A DNA stretch of 62,959 nucleotides, the filler included, from Piptocephalis cylindrospora (lineage: Eukaryota): NCBI GenBank assembly GCA_003614145.1. It is 12 parts of 12 records of this genome, joined end to end, with 100 filler letters (N's around TTAATTAATTAA, not from the genome) between each part and the next. Parts side by side here need not be neighbours in the genome. Positions count along the whole stretch, not along the records: positions 21,190 to 26,356 come from KZ988425.1; positions 26,457 to 31,616 come from KZ988426.1; positions 31,717 to 36,861 come from KZ988427.1; 9 more parts are not named here. One strand, given 5' to 3'. The notes beneath the pieces were generated by a model that worked only from the letters and a program-made list of their open reading frames with translations, did no database searches and was not told the origin of the DNA. Below, piece by piece: positions 23,692 through 36,008 of the stretch (position 1 is its first letter; each line of letters opens with the position of its first letter). Made by a program: the position numbers and the translations under genes.

Positions 23692-25239
23692 TCATATCGT
23701 CTCTACAGGGGAGGATTCACCACGGAAGAGGCCAGTCTTGACAAAATCGCCGCGTGGAGTATAGGTTAGTCGACGGGAAGCAGGGCAGTTGGTCAGACCA
23801 TCCTCCATCTCTTCAATATCAAAAACTTCTCCCTCTCCCCAGCCAATTTCAAAGGACCAGATAAGCGAGGCAAGGGTCAGGGTCAAACTAGTCTCGGCCA
23901 GGTAGAGCCCCGGGCACACGCGTCGTCCTCCACCAAAGGCCCAGCTGACTCGATCACTCTGCTTCCGTGTTGCCTCTTCCGAGAGACTCAGGGATTCGGG
24001 CTCCCACCTCTCCGGCCGGAATTTATAGGGCTCGTCCACCGTGGAAAAGTCGGTCATGACTCCCTGGAGACTGGCCATGACCCAGGTACCCTTGGGGACA
24101 TGCATACCCCGGTACTCCATATCCTCGGAGCAGGCCCTGGCTGGGCTAATCCTGGCGGGACCCCGCATCCTCAGGGACTCTTGGATGACGCACCGGATGT
24201 ACGGGAGGGAGGCGAGGTCTTCAGGCGTTGGCATCCTATCCCTTCCCACCACCCGGTCCATCTCTTCCCGAGCCTTAGCTTGAACATGGGGATTACATGC
24301 CAACAGCATGGACATCCACGACAGGGCTACAGATGTTGTGTCGAGACCGGCCTCAAAAGCTTCCATGAGGAGGATGTGCGCGGTCTTTTCGTTGATTTCC
24401 CCAGCTTCCAGGGATTCTGCCACATACCTGGCAAGGACGGTGGGGACCTTAGAGATCACCTTTTCCCGGTGCGCCAGGAATCTTTCAAAATGTTCATGCA
24501 TAAATCCCACGATCGACTCGCGCACCTTGGCAGCCTCGGCCTTTTGACCCCGGAGGAAAGGGGAGAGGAAGGGGAAAAAATCGATCATGCAGGAGCTAGG
24601 TCCAGACATGGCGAAGAAGAGATCATTGAGCCTCTGGAACTCTCCGCAAAGATGATCATCCTTGGATCCAAGCCGGATGCCAAAGGTCATGGACAAGACC
24701 AAGTTAATAGCGTACCATTGATGATTATGATGAGGGGACATGCCATAAGAGCCATGCTTAGCACTGTCTGTGTAGATGGATCGGCACATATGCCGAGCTT
24801 CCGAGATGAGAAAGTCATTGTAGCTCCGGACTACCGGCTTAGACATGGCCGAGGTGAAGATGCGTCGACGAACCTTGTAATCAGGACCATAGGGCACGGT
24901 GACCATTCCGCTACTCTCGTGTGTGAGTATCTGGGAGAGCATGGTCTGATTGGGCCGATCAGAAAAGTATCGGGATTTCCGCACAAACACATCATTCATG
25001 GCATCAGGAGTCATGATGACCATCCACTTGACCCAACCCAGGTTAAGGAAGTAGACATCTCCATATTTTCGCGCCCAGTGAGTAAGAATGCGATGGGGAT
25101 TCTTCCCGATTTGTAAGAGGTTCCCAAACAACGGGATCCCTGGAGGTCCGGGGAGAGTGGGATGCCTTGCTTTGTACAATGCGTGGGAGAAATAGGCGAC
25201 ACCTAGACCCATTAAGGACTTCCAGAGCATATCAACCAT
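23692..25239 (-). CDS. Cytochrome P450
   Basis: N-terminal anchor + PGPPGIPLFGN, I-helix AGLDTT, ExxR (ESLR), PERW, heme motif FGGGRRVCPG; 515 aa, intronless. Confidence 0.95.
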   Translation of the reverse strand: MVDMLWKSLMGLGVAYFSHALYKARHPTLPGPPGIPLFGNLLQIGKNPHRILTHWARKYGDVYFLNLGWVKWMVIMTPDAMNDVFVRKSRYFSDRPNQTMLSQILTHESSGMVTVPYGPDYKVRRRIFTSAMSKPVVRSYNDFLISEARHMCRSIYTDSAKHGSYGMSPHHNHQWYAINLVLSMTFGIRLGSKDDHLCGEFQRLNDLFFAMSGPSSCMIDFFPFLSPFLRGQKAEAAKVRESIVGFMHEHFERFLAHREKVISKVPTVLARYVAESLEAGEINEKTAHILLMEAFEAGLDTTSVALSWMSMLLACNPHVQAKAREEMDRVVGRDRMPTPEDLASLPYIRCVIQESLRMRGPARISPARACSEDMEYRGMHVPKGTWVMASLQGVMTDFSTVDEPYKFRPERWEPESLSLSEEATRKQSDRVSWAFGGGRRVCPGLYLAETSLTLTLASLIWSFEIGWGEGEVFDIEEMEDGLTNCPASRRLTYTPRGDFVKTGLFRGESSPVETI

Positions 25240-26356
25240 GATTGTGAGATGTTAATGGATAAGGGAGGATTGGGGAGGACCGTACGATGATGATGATGAT
25301 GATGACAATGGAAAAGTAAATGAGGGAGAAATGGGGATAAAGAGATATGCGGCTACTCTATTTATCCTCTTTGGTTAAGGCCAGGCGAGCGAAGAAGAGG
25401 AGTTCGTGGTGCAAGGTTCAGGTACATGAGAACGTGATTTATGGCTCAGTGGCCTTGACGTTAATGAAACTCTATCAAATTCCCAAGGTTTGAGCAGCTC
25501 GTGAGAATGTTAATAATAGCTTAAAGGCTGGGGATTGCAGCGAGAGATACCCCCGGACAAAGTCTTAATAACATCAGTCAATGTTGTTCCTCTAATGACT
25601 TGCTGCTAGAAGGAAAAAGAGCCTTCAGCAAGTTCTATGTGAACAACATTCCGGTGATATGCGGATTCCCAACTTATAAAGGCGTCTAGCGGTCGGATGA
25701 TACCTGCCTTCGCCGGGACATCGTTCCCCTGACCTTTATTTTCAGATGGGTAAATGAGTGGTCTCCTCACCCGGTCGTGTGTAAGTTGGTGGTGGCTGGA
25801 TAAATGTACTTTTAATCGTGCCAAGACAATGTGCCTGAGCTTTCCATATAAGGCGTCAATGGGAGTAAGGTGCCACTCCCCAGACTCTCTCAATGAAGAT
25901 AGGTTAAGATGGGTATAAAAAATTAACATCATATGTTTCTTTCTCTGAGCATGATGTGAGCATAGAAAAAAGAGGGGGCTAGTAATTTAGATCAAGATAT
26001 CGTTACCAGTGCCAACATCGTGGGAGTCGGCGTTTGCTATGCTGTCGAGCCGAATTCGCAAAAGCACGCTTGCTTATTTTGGAGCTCCGACCATAAAGGC
26101 TCGAACGTGTATACGTGTGTGACATCAATAGTACAAACTACGGTGGGAAGGTCCCAGCACAATGTAACGTGTGAATACCTGAGTCACAGAAAGCATTCTC
26201 TTGACTGTTGCCTTTGATAAGATGTTCTAAAGCCCAAAGAGTTAGAATCCAAGGATGATTATCCCATTCACTATGATGTCCTTAGTCATGGAGGCGTCTT
26301 CTGGTAGGATTCGGGATAACCCTGGAGCGCATAACAGGCGGCGAGGAACGGCTTTG

Positions 26357-26456
26357 NNNNNNNNNNNNNNNNNNNNNNNNNNNNNNNNNNNNNNNNNNNN
26401 TTAATTAATTAANNNNNNNNNNNNNNNNNNNNNNNNNNNNNNNNNNNNNNNNNNNN
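26357..26456. other. Artificial contig linker
   Basis: 44N-TTAATTAATTAA-44N. Confidence 0.99.
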
Positions 26457-28408
26457 TGTTCCTCGAAGTGCCGAAGAGGAGAGTGCGAGCATGGAAGATA
26501 CAGATGCGTCGGGTCAGTCGGCTGGGGGGGGAAAGAGGCGGCAAACTCGGCACACAAGCCGTCCATACTCACGGACCCTATCTCGCCAGTCCCAGGAACG
26601 GGCACAGGAAGAGGAGAGCACGGGACATAAACACCCTGAACACGTATGGCATCAATTACCCTGGCCCATCTCCACTCTAGGAGGACGCGAGCCTGCCCGT
26701 ACACCTCCTCCAGGGTGCGACCCAAAACCAGGGCCAGATCTCCAAAAGAGTGCATGGGGGTCAGCTCCAACAGGAAGGACTCAACATCCTGGGCCGTGTC
26801 TTCAGGAAGCTCCCGAAGCACACTTTCCGGATCTGAGGAGAGTAAAAGGGTTTGATAGGGACGAAGGACGTACGCCTGAGTGGGAGTGGTGAGAATGGGG
26901 ACCAGGTTGGCTCTGTCCCTCCTGAGTTCCAAAGGAAGGGAAGGTGCGGCGATGGGTCCGGTCGGGTAAGGTGAGGTGAGTTGCAAGGCATAGCTTGTGG
27001 GTCCTTCAGTAGGGAAGCGGGCTACCCCGCCAGACTCCAGGGTCTCATAAACTAAGGCTAGCTCCCGGGCCAAACCTGAGGTGGCCAGGAGACGTTGGTG
27101 CACCTCTTGGGGATTCGCCCCAGCCTGATGGGCCGATTCAATGGCCCCAAGCATAGTTTCCACCTCCCGTTGTACATACCCCGATTGCATTTGCTCAGAC
27201 CGCAAAGCAACGGAGATCTTCCGAACTGCCAGGGAAAAGGCAGTGTCCAATGAGGCCTGTCGAGCATATTCTGCGCATCTCAGAACAAACACAACGTGGA
27301 ACATGGTAGGTTGAAACCCACTGCTCTCCACTGCTGCCGTATGGGATGGAGTGGCAGCGTTGGTGGGTAGGATATCTGGAAGATTAGTCCCAGGGGCAGG
27401 AGATGGGCCACCTCTCCTGAGCCCTCGAGCCTGGCCGGTCCCAAGGTTCATCTTATAGCCTCGACCACCTGTTCCCCCGCTTTCTGTGGCCCGTCGAGCC
27501 CTCCCAGTATCTCTTAAAGAATCAAGATCTGCTGCTGAGGCTGCTCGTACATGCCCTGATCGAGAGGGGGGACCACCTGAGCGGGCGCGAGGGGCCCTAG
27601 AAGGAGGTGTGGTCTCTACATCTTCCTTCCCGGGTGTGGGAGGGGAGAGGAACCCATGGACAAAGACTTCTGCGGTGGGGGAGACGCACCGGCCCATATC
27701 ATCCAAAGAAGAGCGTCGTCTTGATCTCCTAATCTGCTGCTTGGACGATGTGGTTGTCGTGGAGGGGGATGAGGGAGAGGAGAAGGAGGCTAAGGAGGTA
27801 GAGGCGGCCGAGGAGGCAGTCGAGGAGGCGGTCGAGGAAACGGACGCTGATGAGGAGGGTCGGGAGGACGAGGCACTCGGAGGTGGATTGGGTCTCCAAG
27901 GAAATGGTAAGCCGAGGAAAGTAAGATCATCCACATCCAGCTGAAAACGTGCATCGTAAAGCGCGGGCTTTGGGGTGAGCAGGGAAGCCAGGTCATCAGG
28001 GGAAAGATCGTAGATGTTTAGGCCAGGACGGGAAAAGGCTGTTCGATGATCCCTAGTCCCCTCCAGCTCCCGATCCTTCCTTTCCCCGGAAGGTCGAGAG
28101 GAGATGGGTGAGGGTAAGGTCGAGGATGGGGCAGTGGCATTCCCGTTGGGGTGTACTGTGGTGGGAGGGGACTTCACTGAGGAGGAAGGGGAGGAGAAAG
28201 AAGAGGTAGGAGTTGCGCCCTGTGACGCTGTGTTGGCCGTCGCCGACTGAAGTCCTTGGGAGCCCGCAGAGTTGGATGTGGATGAGAAGGATACAGTCGA
28301 GGAGGAAGCTGATGCGGAAGAGGACGGAGGCGCGGGATGTCGAAAGGCTAGGATAGGACCGCGCGTCGAGTCCACAGCAAGGAGGATGGCGACAAGACCC
28401 AGAGGCAT
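26457..28408 (-). CDS. NPR3: Nitrogen permease regulator Npr3/NPRL3 (GATOR1/SEACIT), 3' truncated
   Basis: N-terminal LVAILLAVDSTRGPILAFRHP, LASLLTP..FQLDVDDLTFLGLP, MFHVVFVL, ALRSEQ..GYV, LRPYQTLLL and LLEWRWARVID. Confidence 0.85.
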
Positions 28409-28781
28409 GAGAGGGGGGGTGAGAGGAGGGACGGATGTGAGAAGGAGTGGAGTGGAGAGGGAGTAGAGTAAACCGAGGACAGTAAAGGCTGAGGGCCTGG
28501 TTTATTGTGGGATCTGATGCTGTTTACAAGGCTCTCTTCATTGACTCATATGCGTCCCCCGAATACTTGGTATGATGGATTGAGGACGATTGAAAGAAAG
28601 ATGAAAAGAAATAGTCGATATCATATGTCAACATTCAGTATACTCCATGGTCCATCCCATCATTTCCCACTCTCATACAACCGCCTTCATGCACACCATC
28701 ACCATCCCTAGGGAGACTTGGGAGTCCGGGTCGTGGGAGACCGGGATGCCTGGGCCATGGAATAATCCTTCACTTTTTCCT

Positions 28782-29270
28782 CTACTCGGAGGTAGAAAGG
28801 TCAGCTGTTGGGGAAAAAATCAAAAGACAGCAGAGGTCTCACCAATTAATCCGGCATATTTGTCTACCTCAGAGCTCAAGGACACCAGGGCATCGACCCG
28901 TCTTTCCAGCTCATCCACATACTCCAAACACCCCTGCATCTCCCGGTCCATGTCCCCAAGCCTCTCCGTATCACCCTCCAGTTGTTCTAGGGTAGGCTTT
29001 AAACCCCGGAGTCTCTGCTGCCCCAGTGATGCCAGAGTCTCAATAAGTTGATAATCCTCGGCCGAGGCTGGAGATGACCAGAGATATGAAGGTTAGTGTT
29101 CAGGGATACATAATCCTCTCTGCACCCTAAAACCTCGTACCAAGCATCTCCCCTCGAAGGTAAGCAGCAACTTTGTGAAAGGCCTCAGCAGTGACTTGGT
29201 CCAAAACCTCTTGGCCTTGCTGCTTGCCCTGAGTCGGGTTAGATAAAGGCTCCTGGGTTGGTTTGGTCAT
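28782..29270 (-). CDS. BLOC1S2: BLOC-1 subunit 2 (BLOS2)
   Basis: Manually spliced exons 29270-29141, 29067-28843 and 28804-28782 give …AFHKVAAYLRGEMLASAEDYQLIETL…LEYVDELERRVDALVSLSSEVDKYAGLI, matching the BLOS2 pattern YLxGELxxxxEDYxLLE. Confidence 0.75.
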
Positions 29271-29565
29271 CGTGGGATAGGGTCAAGTGAGAGGAGTTTA
29301 AAATGAGAGGGAGGGGGTCGGAGATGATGCGAATAAGAATTGGGATGGGAGAAAGAAAGGGACCAGGCCAGAAGGGTCTGTGCACCCTTGGGGAAATGCA
29401 ACATGGACATGGGAGACAAGCTCGATGCTGGTGATAATGCATCATCTTGTGTGAGTTGAATGCATGGAAACTATATGGGTATTCTGCAGACACCCTACCA
29501 AAGACTACCCCAAGATATGCAACACCGACAGCGCGAAGAAGAATAAAAAGCACGATAGGAATACA

Positions 29566-30978
29566 TCACACGACAGGACCATCCACACAATAATAAGTAG
29601 CCACGACTTTTCTTCCCTCCTTGGCATTCGTATATACCAGGTTCCAGGGCCCAGTCTCCCGACACTCCAGATCCAGAAGATAGCAGCCATCGGCGGGGAA
29701 ATAGATAAAGTTGTGTTCCTTGGTGCTGGGGGCTCGCATGGACAACTTATGATGCCGAGTGTCCAGGAGGGATTGGACATGGAAGTGGTGAGCCTGACCC
29801 AAGCGAAGTTCGGCATCCAAAGGCTCCCGAATGTAGAATTCCTGCGGGGTGGGATGAAGGGTAGCAAAGGCTTGTGGAGCTCTATGACCCATATGCTGGA
29901 TCCGAAGCACCATGGCGAGGGGCAGACTATCAGATCGAAGCTTCCCTTTTGAAGTCTATAAGGAAGAAAGGTGAGATGGAGATACGGAGTATCGAAACAT
30001 TTCATCAATACTAAGCATTACTTACGAATTCCCTTTGACCAGCGTGGATGCGTAGGAATCCCCGAGCATCATTACCTTTCATGCGTACAAGCACCTTGGA
30101 GATCCGGTGACCCTCGTGCCGTACGCATTGGGATAGGGTGAGGATACAGCCATGCTCAATGGTGTCGACCTCAGCGTAGCAGGATATCCCTTCCCCAACT
30201 CGAAATACCAGCTGGGCCGTATCTTGCTCCCGGAGCTCCAAGACCGTCCGGTGAAAGTTGATCGATTCAATTTCATTGTTAAAGTAGGCGCTAGTTACAT
30301 AGGGTAGACTATGAAACTCCCCTGGTCCCATGGATCTGGGTGAAAGGTATTGCTGAGAGGGATCCGAAGGGTAATGAGTAAATATAAGGTGTTTGGGCTG
30401 GGCGAGAAAGTAGAAGGGATCCATTCGAGCCTTTCCACCCGTGGAAGGGTAATAAGGGTGGGATGGGACAGCCCGTCCCACATCTACAAATCGGTACTCT
30501 CCTTGGATTTTTACTATACCGGTTGAGAATTGGAAGGATATGAATAAATGCATATGATACAGCATGAGGAGGTATCTTCCTTACCAACATTCCAGGTATG
30601 ATTGATCGGAGGATGAACTTCTCCATCAACAGCATCCGTAGGCCCTAGATAAAGGAAGGTTAAATAAAGGGAGGTTAGGGATAGGTGTAAGCAAATGGCT
30701 CATCTATGTGCATACAAAAAAAGATACATACCCTTGAGATATCCACGGACTAGCCCACACTGAAGACCTGCCGCACCAGCCATGGCGTGAAAGAGTTTAG
30801 CAAATCCATCCCGTCGACATTGACGAGCCTGGAGAGTCGTAGTGGCTGTCTCCATCTCTGAAACTCCATCTCTCCAGCCCGTTACGTCTCCATCCTCCAC
30901 CCTATCTAATTCCTGGACCGCCCCGGGAAGCTCTGTCTCCACGGCACCATCCTCGGCACTACGCTCTCCCTTGACTGA
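29566..30978 (-). CDS. Cyk3/kyphoscoliosis-peptidase-like transglutaminase-domain protein, C-terminal part
   Basis: GFAKLFHAMAGAAGLQCGLVRGYLK, NHTWNV, EYRFVD, FYFLAQPKHLIFTHYP and QQYL; several introns; stop at 29566. Confidence 0.78.
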
Positions 30979-31616
30979 TTACTCCGTGCCATTTATTAGT
31001 CGGGAGAGCGCAGTACGAGAAATACTGTAAGATGAGTCGAAGAAGGGAGTATGGGGAGGCGGTGTTGTTTTCACTAATGCCTTCTCTTTGGGTCTCACTA
31101 GTGCGTGCAGTAATGTAACAGAATCCGACGGAATCCCCCTTATGCTTCCTCGTGAGTGAATGATATGTTGAAAAGGGGGAGAGATCGGGGAGGATCTCTT
31201 AGCTCATATAGCCTATATTTGGTTCCCCTCCTTTCAGAAGCAAAGTTGGATGCGGTGGACAAAGCAGTGCGGAAGATGAAGCGGTATGGGACCGATATTT
31301 CCCCAGAGATCCTTTCTGTCCAGTATGTAACCCGACCCTTCCGGGATGACGTGTCCCGATGTAGGGCCATCTTTACTTGGATGACCGAGTCCATTGTCTG
31401 GGAAAGTGGGAATTATGGGGATAAGCTTTCGGATAAGATTACCCCTGGGTACATAAGTCAGCTCCGGGGAATCCAGGAGGAGAGTGAGGGAGGGGAAGGA
31501 GGGGAGGGGGTTGAGAGGGGGGGAAAAGAGAAGGGGGTGGAGTAGAGACGCGACTGGCAAAGACTGCGCGTATCCCATATCTTCTGTTTATCTTACAGGA
31601 CCTTTTATCCCCCCTG
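30979..31616 (+). CDS. Cyk3-like protein, upstream part (inverted relative to the C-terminal part)
   Basis: LDAVDKAVR…YVTRPFRDDVSRCRAIFTWMTESIVW, the motif that precedes the TG core in Cyk3; GT..AG introns on the + strand. Confidence 0.72.
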
Positions 31617-31716
31617 NNNNNNNNNNNNNNNNNNNNNNNNNNNNNNNNNNNNNNNNNNNNTTAATTAATTAANNNNNNNNNNNNNNNNNNNNNNNNNNNN
31701 NNNNNNNNNNNNNNNN
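31617..31716. other. Artificial contig linker
   Basis: 44N-TTAATTAATTAA-44N. Confidence 0.99.
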
Positions 31717-34700
31717 CTGGTCTGCTGTTTCCCTCGGTCTTACCCGACGTATTATTCGTATCCTCTATGGGCCCGATCATGGATCCAGTAGTGTCGACAT
31801 GAGTGTCGATGGATACAATGCCCGTCTAGAGGTTACTGATCATTTTGCCCTTTTTGCTTGGAAGCATTTCATTCCTCTGATCGGTTCCGTCGACGGCCTG
31901 TCCTCTGCCAATTTTCATCGCATCGTCCTGGGAATGCGTCAGATTATTGAAGCTTTCCAGGCGGTGGGTCAAAAGTCCCCCTCTTCCTCAGCCCCCCCTC
32001 CTACTGGAAATACCCTTCTACGACTTCTGGGCGATTGGCTTCTTAGTGCTTGCGTCGCCTATCCAACCTCTCCCTCCTATAATCAGGGCCGTGTTGAGGC
32101 CTACAGTGCTGTATGCCTCATCCTCACCCAGTCCTCCCCTTCCTCATCCTCAAAATCTGAATGGGATGCCGGCTTTGTTGAGAGGTTCCTCGAGGTTTTG
32201 GCCCATGGTCTTCGTCATGATACAACCCTCCCTATTCTTCTTCTGGAATCTCCGGATCTCTTTGCCTCGGATCTCCCGGGTCTCCGCTCGCTCATCCCAG
32301 ATTACCTTACTGCCCTCTCCCGCATCCTTCCCCGACTTTCCCCCGACTTTACTCCAAGGGTTCCCCTACCCCGCCTTCGTTTAGCGGCGATCCAGCTTAC
32401 CGCCTGTCTCCTGTGCATCCCCAATCTCTTTGCCACTCGCGCTCTTCCTCCCTCCTGGTCCTATCCTAAATTGTCTAAAACCTCCTTTTCCGATTCCGCC
32501 TCTTCAGAGGATAGTATGGAAGCCCTGGTCGTCTCCCTTCTCCGTACCTTATATGATCCTCGGGAGACGCCCAAGGGGGGGGATACCTCTCAACCTTCCT
32601 CTCCTCCAGAGTCCTCCCCATCATCCGTCTTAGTGTCTTCTTCCTCTACTTCCTCGACCAAGACGTACTATCATCTCAAGAGTGTCTTGATGGAGATGCT
32701 CGTGTGCTCTTTGACCTCCGAGGTCAGTAGCTACAATCTTCGATATCTCCTTCACCTCATTGCTATCTTTGTCACCGAGGATGTCTCCCTTTGTCCAGGC
32801 CTTGTTGGCGTCGTCATCAAGGCTATTTCCGAGAAGCTGCTTACCTTTGACCTTCCTCAAGAGGTCACCCTTACGGCCCTTGCTTCCCTCCATCAATTCT
32901 CCCCTCTCTATCCCTATGTCGCTCAGGATAGTCGGAACTGTGCTCGGGAACTAGTTCTTTCGATCTGTCGTTTCCTCGGCACCATGATGGCTAGAGAGCA
33001 CCTCTTGAGGAATGTTCGGGTCATTGCCCGGGCCTATGAGTGTCTCATGGCTTGGATCCTCGTTGGTGACTGGATCCTCGGCGATGCGGATTGTCTACGT
33101 ACCGTCATTGCCACGATGGATCTAGGCCTCGCTGCTCAGGATAGGGAGCCCGAGCTTGTTGCCCATATGGATCCCATGTCCTCCTCTCCCGCACCAGGCC
33201 ATGCCCACTCCTCCTCGGCATTTCCCGCTTCCTCCTCCACCTCTAACCTTCTTTTTCAAGGATCTTCCTTTACGTTTCCTACTGCACCTACTCCCGGCGC
33301 CCCTACCCTCTCTACTCAGGGTCAGGGTCAGGCACAAACTGCAGCCCCACCACCTCCTTCTCCTACCCCACCACTACCACTTTCCTCATCTGCATATATT
33401 CCTCCCATGCATCAGTCCAACCCCTCGACTCCTACCCCCATCGCCGCCCCCTCTCCCCCCATCCCAGCCAGCCCCCCTCCCCCCTCCATGTCCACGGTCC
33501 GCTCAAGACCCCGTAGTCGTTTTTACCCTTTGGGTGCTTCCTCCATCCAGGATCATTCTGGTCCTGTTCCCTCCACCCCCTCCCCGGTTCCCGTCATCCC
33601 CATGGATAGTCAAGGGAGTTATGAGAATACGGGTGGAGACTCGCCTTTTTCCGGTTTTGGCCTCTCCTCAGTCAACTCTTCTCCCTCCACCGATTCCTCT
33701 TACTCCACTTCATCCTCCATTCTTCCGCATCCCATGTCTCAGGCCTCGATGAAGCATCGTATCCAGGCAGGTCTTCGTATGGTCGGGGAGGCTGCCGAGG
33801 CTGCCTCAACCCGTCTAGTCCGGCACTTGGGAACAGTGGATCAAGGGACCAAGGCAGATTCTGGAGCAGGAAGGGAGGGGAATTGGTGGGCGGATGGTCG
33901 ACCCTCCAGGTGGGAGGGAGAAGGGCAGGATACAGCCGATCTGGAGAAATGGTTACTCCAAAGAAAAAGGCTTGTGGAGGCCAGTAGGGAGCAGGTCAGC
34001 AAGGATTTGGTTATTGGGGATCATATCACCCTCACCACCTCTTCCTCTTCTTCCTCCCATGTGGATCTTACCTCCCTTGGCCCTGTCCCCGTTCAGTATT
34101 ACCTCATTGAGGATCATCTCATCCTGGGGATTTCCCTCTTAGATCCTCCCTCCTCCTCGTCTTCCTCTCATGGTACTGATGAAGAGACATCCTTAAAATT
34201 ACGAGTCGTTACTAGGGATGTGACGGGGAAGAGCGTTTGGAGGTTAGCCAAGACCCTGGGCCTTCCCTCCAGCGTTCTACGTGAACGCGCTTTATCTACT
34301 TCTCTCTCAGGTGACAGAGGAGAATGGAACTCATCCCGGGACTGCCTAACCAACGATACTCAGGGCAAGAGAAGGGATCGATTGACGGGATCCTCCTCTC
34401 CATCCACCATGAATTCTCTCTTTCAGGATGTTGGAGATCATCAAACTCACCCCGAACTCTCCTTTCCCATTCCTGGATCATCCTCCAAAGTCTACTATGA
34501 TCTCTTTTATCCCTCTGATCAGGAAGATATTGATGGCCACGACGATCATGATGATGCGAATGGTGAGGACAGGTGAGTAAATCTATCCTGCCATGTTGCC
34601 TTTTAGCCCTCGTAGGGAACACTTGACAAAGACATCCTAATCTCACTCTCCTGCTTCTCATGCGTCTTCTCCACTTCTCAGTTCCCCAAAGACACTTCCT

Positions 34701-36008
34701 ATTCCCCCTCCCAAAGCAAAGGAGCCAGGTATCATTAATCCTTCAGACCTTGAAAGGTATGTGTATCCCCGCCCCTATTCGTGCTTAAGCAAATGATCCT
34801 CTTAATTCTCATCCCCATCTCACTCTCATGTTTTAGTGGGGAAGTGGAGAGACTACTCTTGGCCGAGCTAGGATTTATGCCGGATCTTCATAGCGCCCAA
34901 AGGATCCTCTCCCTTCCGACTGGGGATGATCTCTTGGCCTTACTCAAGGACATTGATCACACCTACCGAGAAAATCTCTGTCTTTCTGTTACTGTCCTAT
35001 ATGCGCAGTCCGCTCGGGAGACCAGTTTCCCCGAACTGCTCAAACCCCTGGAAGCACCTCCTGCCGAACTCACCTCCTTTGTTGAATCCCTTGGCTGGAT
35101 GGTCCAGGTAGGGAACCATCCTGGATTTACTGGGATGCTCGATCCTTCTGTGTGTCGGGAGGCTGCGTACTTTTCCGATCAGGAAGTCGAAGTTATCTAT
35201 CATACCCCAGCGCTCTGGAATCCCTGTCCATCCCCAGAGACACCGGTAGATCGGTTTACCCGGATTACCAGTCGAGATCGGGTATGTGTCCTGTGGGTGG
35301 AGGAGGATGCCTTCTCGGTCCCGCAGCTCCTGCAGCATATGCCCAGTAACTTTATCATCTGCATTATTCTTCAACCTCTTCGTCGTACACCGGATCTCTT
35401 TGTCGTCCGCATTGGCATTTCTAATGCTGGAGTTCAGGGTCGAAACCATTTGACTGCCGCCCTTGTCGAGGATAGGATGGTAAGGGGATATAGCGCTGTT
35501 TTTTGTAGATCCCGTTTGCTCAATGCTCATTCAATAACCCCTCTCTCCTCCTTCATGCCTCCATTCCTTTAGTCCATTGGCCCTCTGGTTGATGGAATGG
35601 TGATTAGTAAACACATCCTTGGATCGGTCACGCGGAACACCATTATCTCGGCCCACAAGACCTTCCTTGAGGTGTCTCAAGATGAGATTGTCAATCCGTA
35701 TGTCCTCTTTAAGCTTGAGATATTGGCCCATCCACTCCTTTGTCTAATGCTCCCTCCTCTCTACCTTTACGTAGGCTCATCCTAAGAAGAAATGCTATTC
35801 AACGCCTTTCCCTCATGTACCAAGATCAAAGGTCTCTTGAAACGTAAGCCTTTCCCTCCTGGTCTCGGAGATATAATTTTTCCTCCTTTCCGCTCACTCT
35901 CACTTCGTCAAACGGTTCTCTAGGCTTTATGAAAACCTGTTGGGCGCTTCTATCCGGCCCATACCCATTCCTCCGCCCCATCGAGGAAGTGTGGAGGTAA
36001 CCCGATGA
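31717..36008 (+). CDS. RalGAP beta-like protein (Rap-GAP-like C-terminal domain), 5' truncated
   Basis: GNTLLRLLGDWL..GRVEAY, PDLFASDLPGL, VVTRDVTGKSVW, LGWMVQVGNHPGFTG, EVIYHTP, DRVCVLWVE and GPLVDGMVISK; large exon to 34572, then about 5 short exons. Confidence 0.7.

Noticed and set aside
26245..26356. Minus-strand peptide TKDIIVNGIII resembling a P450 beta-sheet motif
   Set aside because: Too short and stop-bounded, with no ExxR or heme motif.
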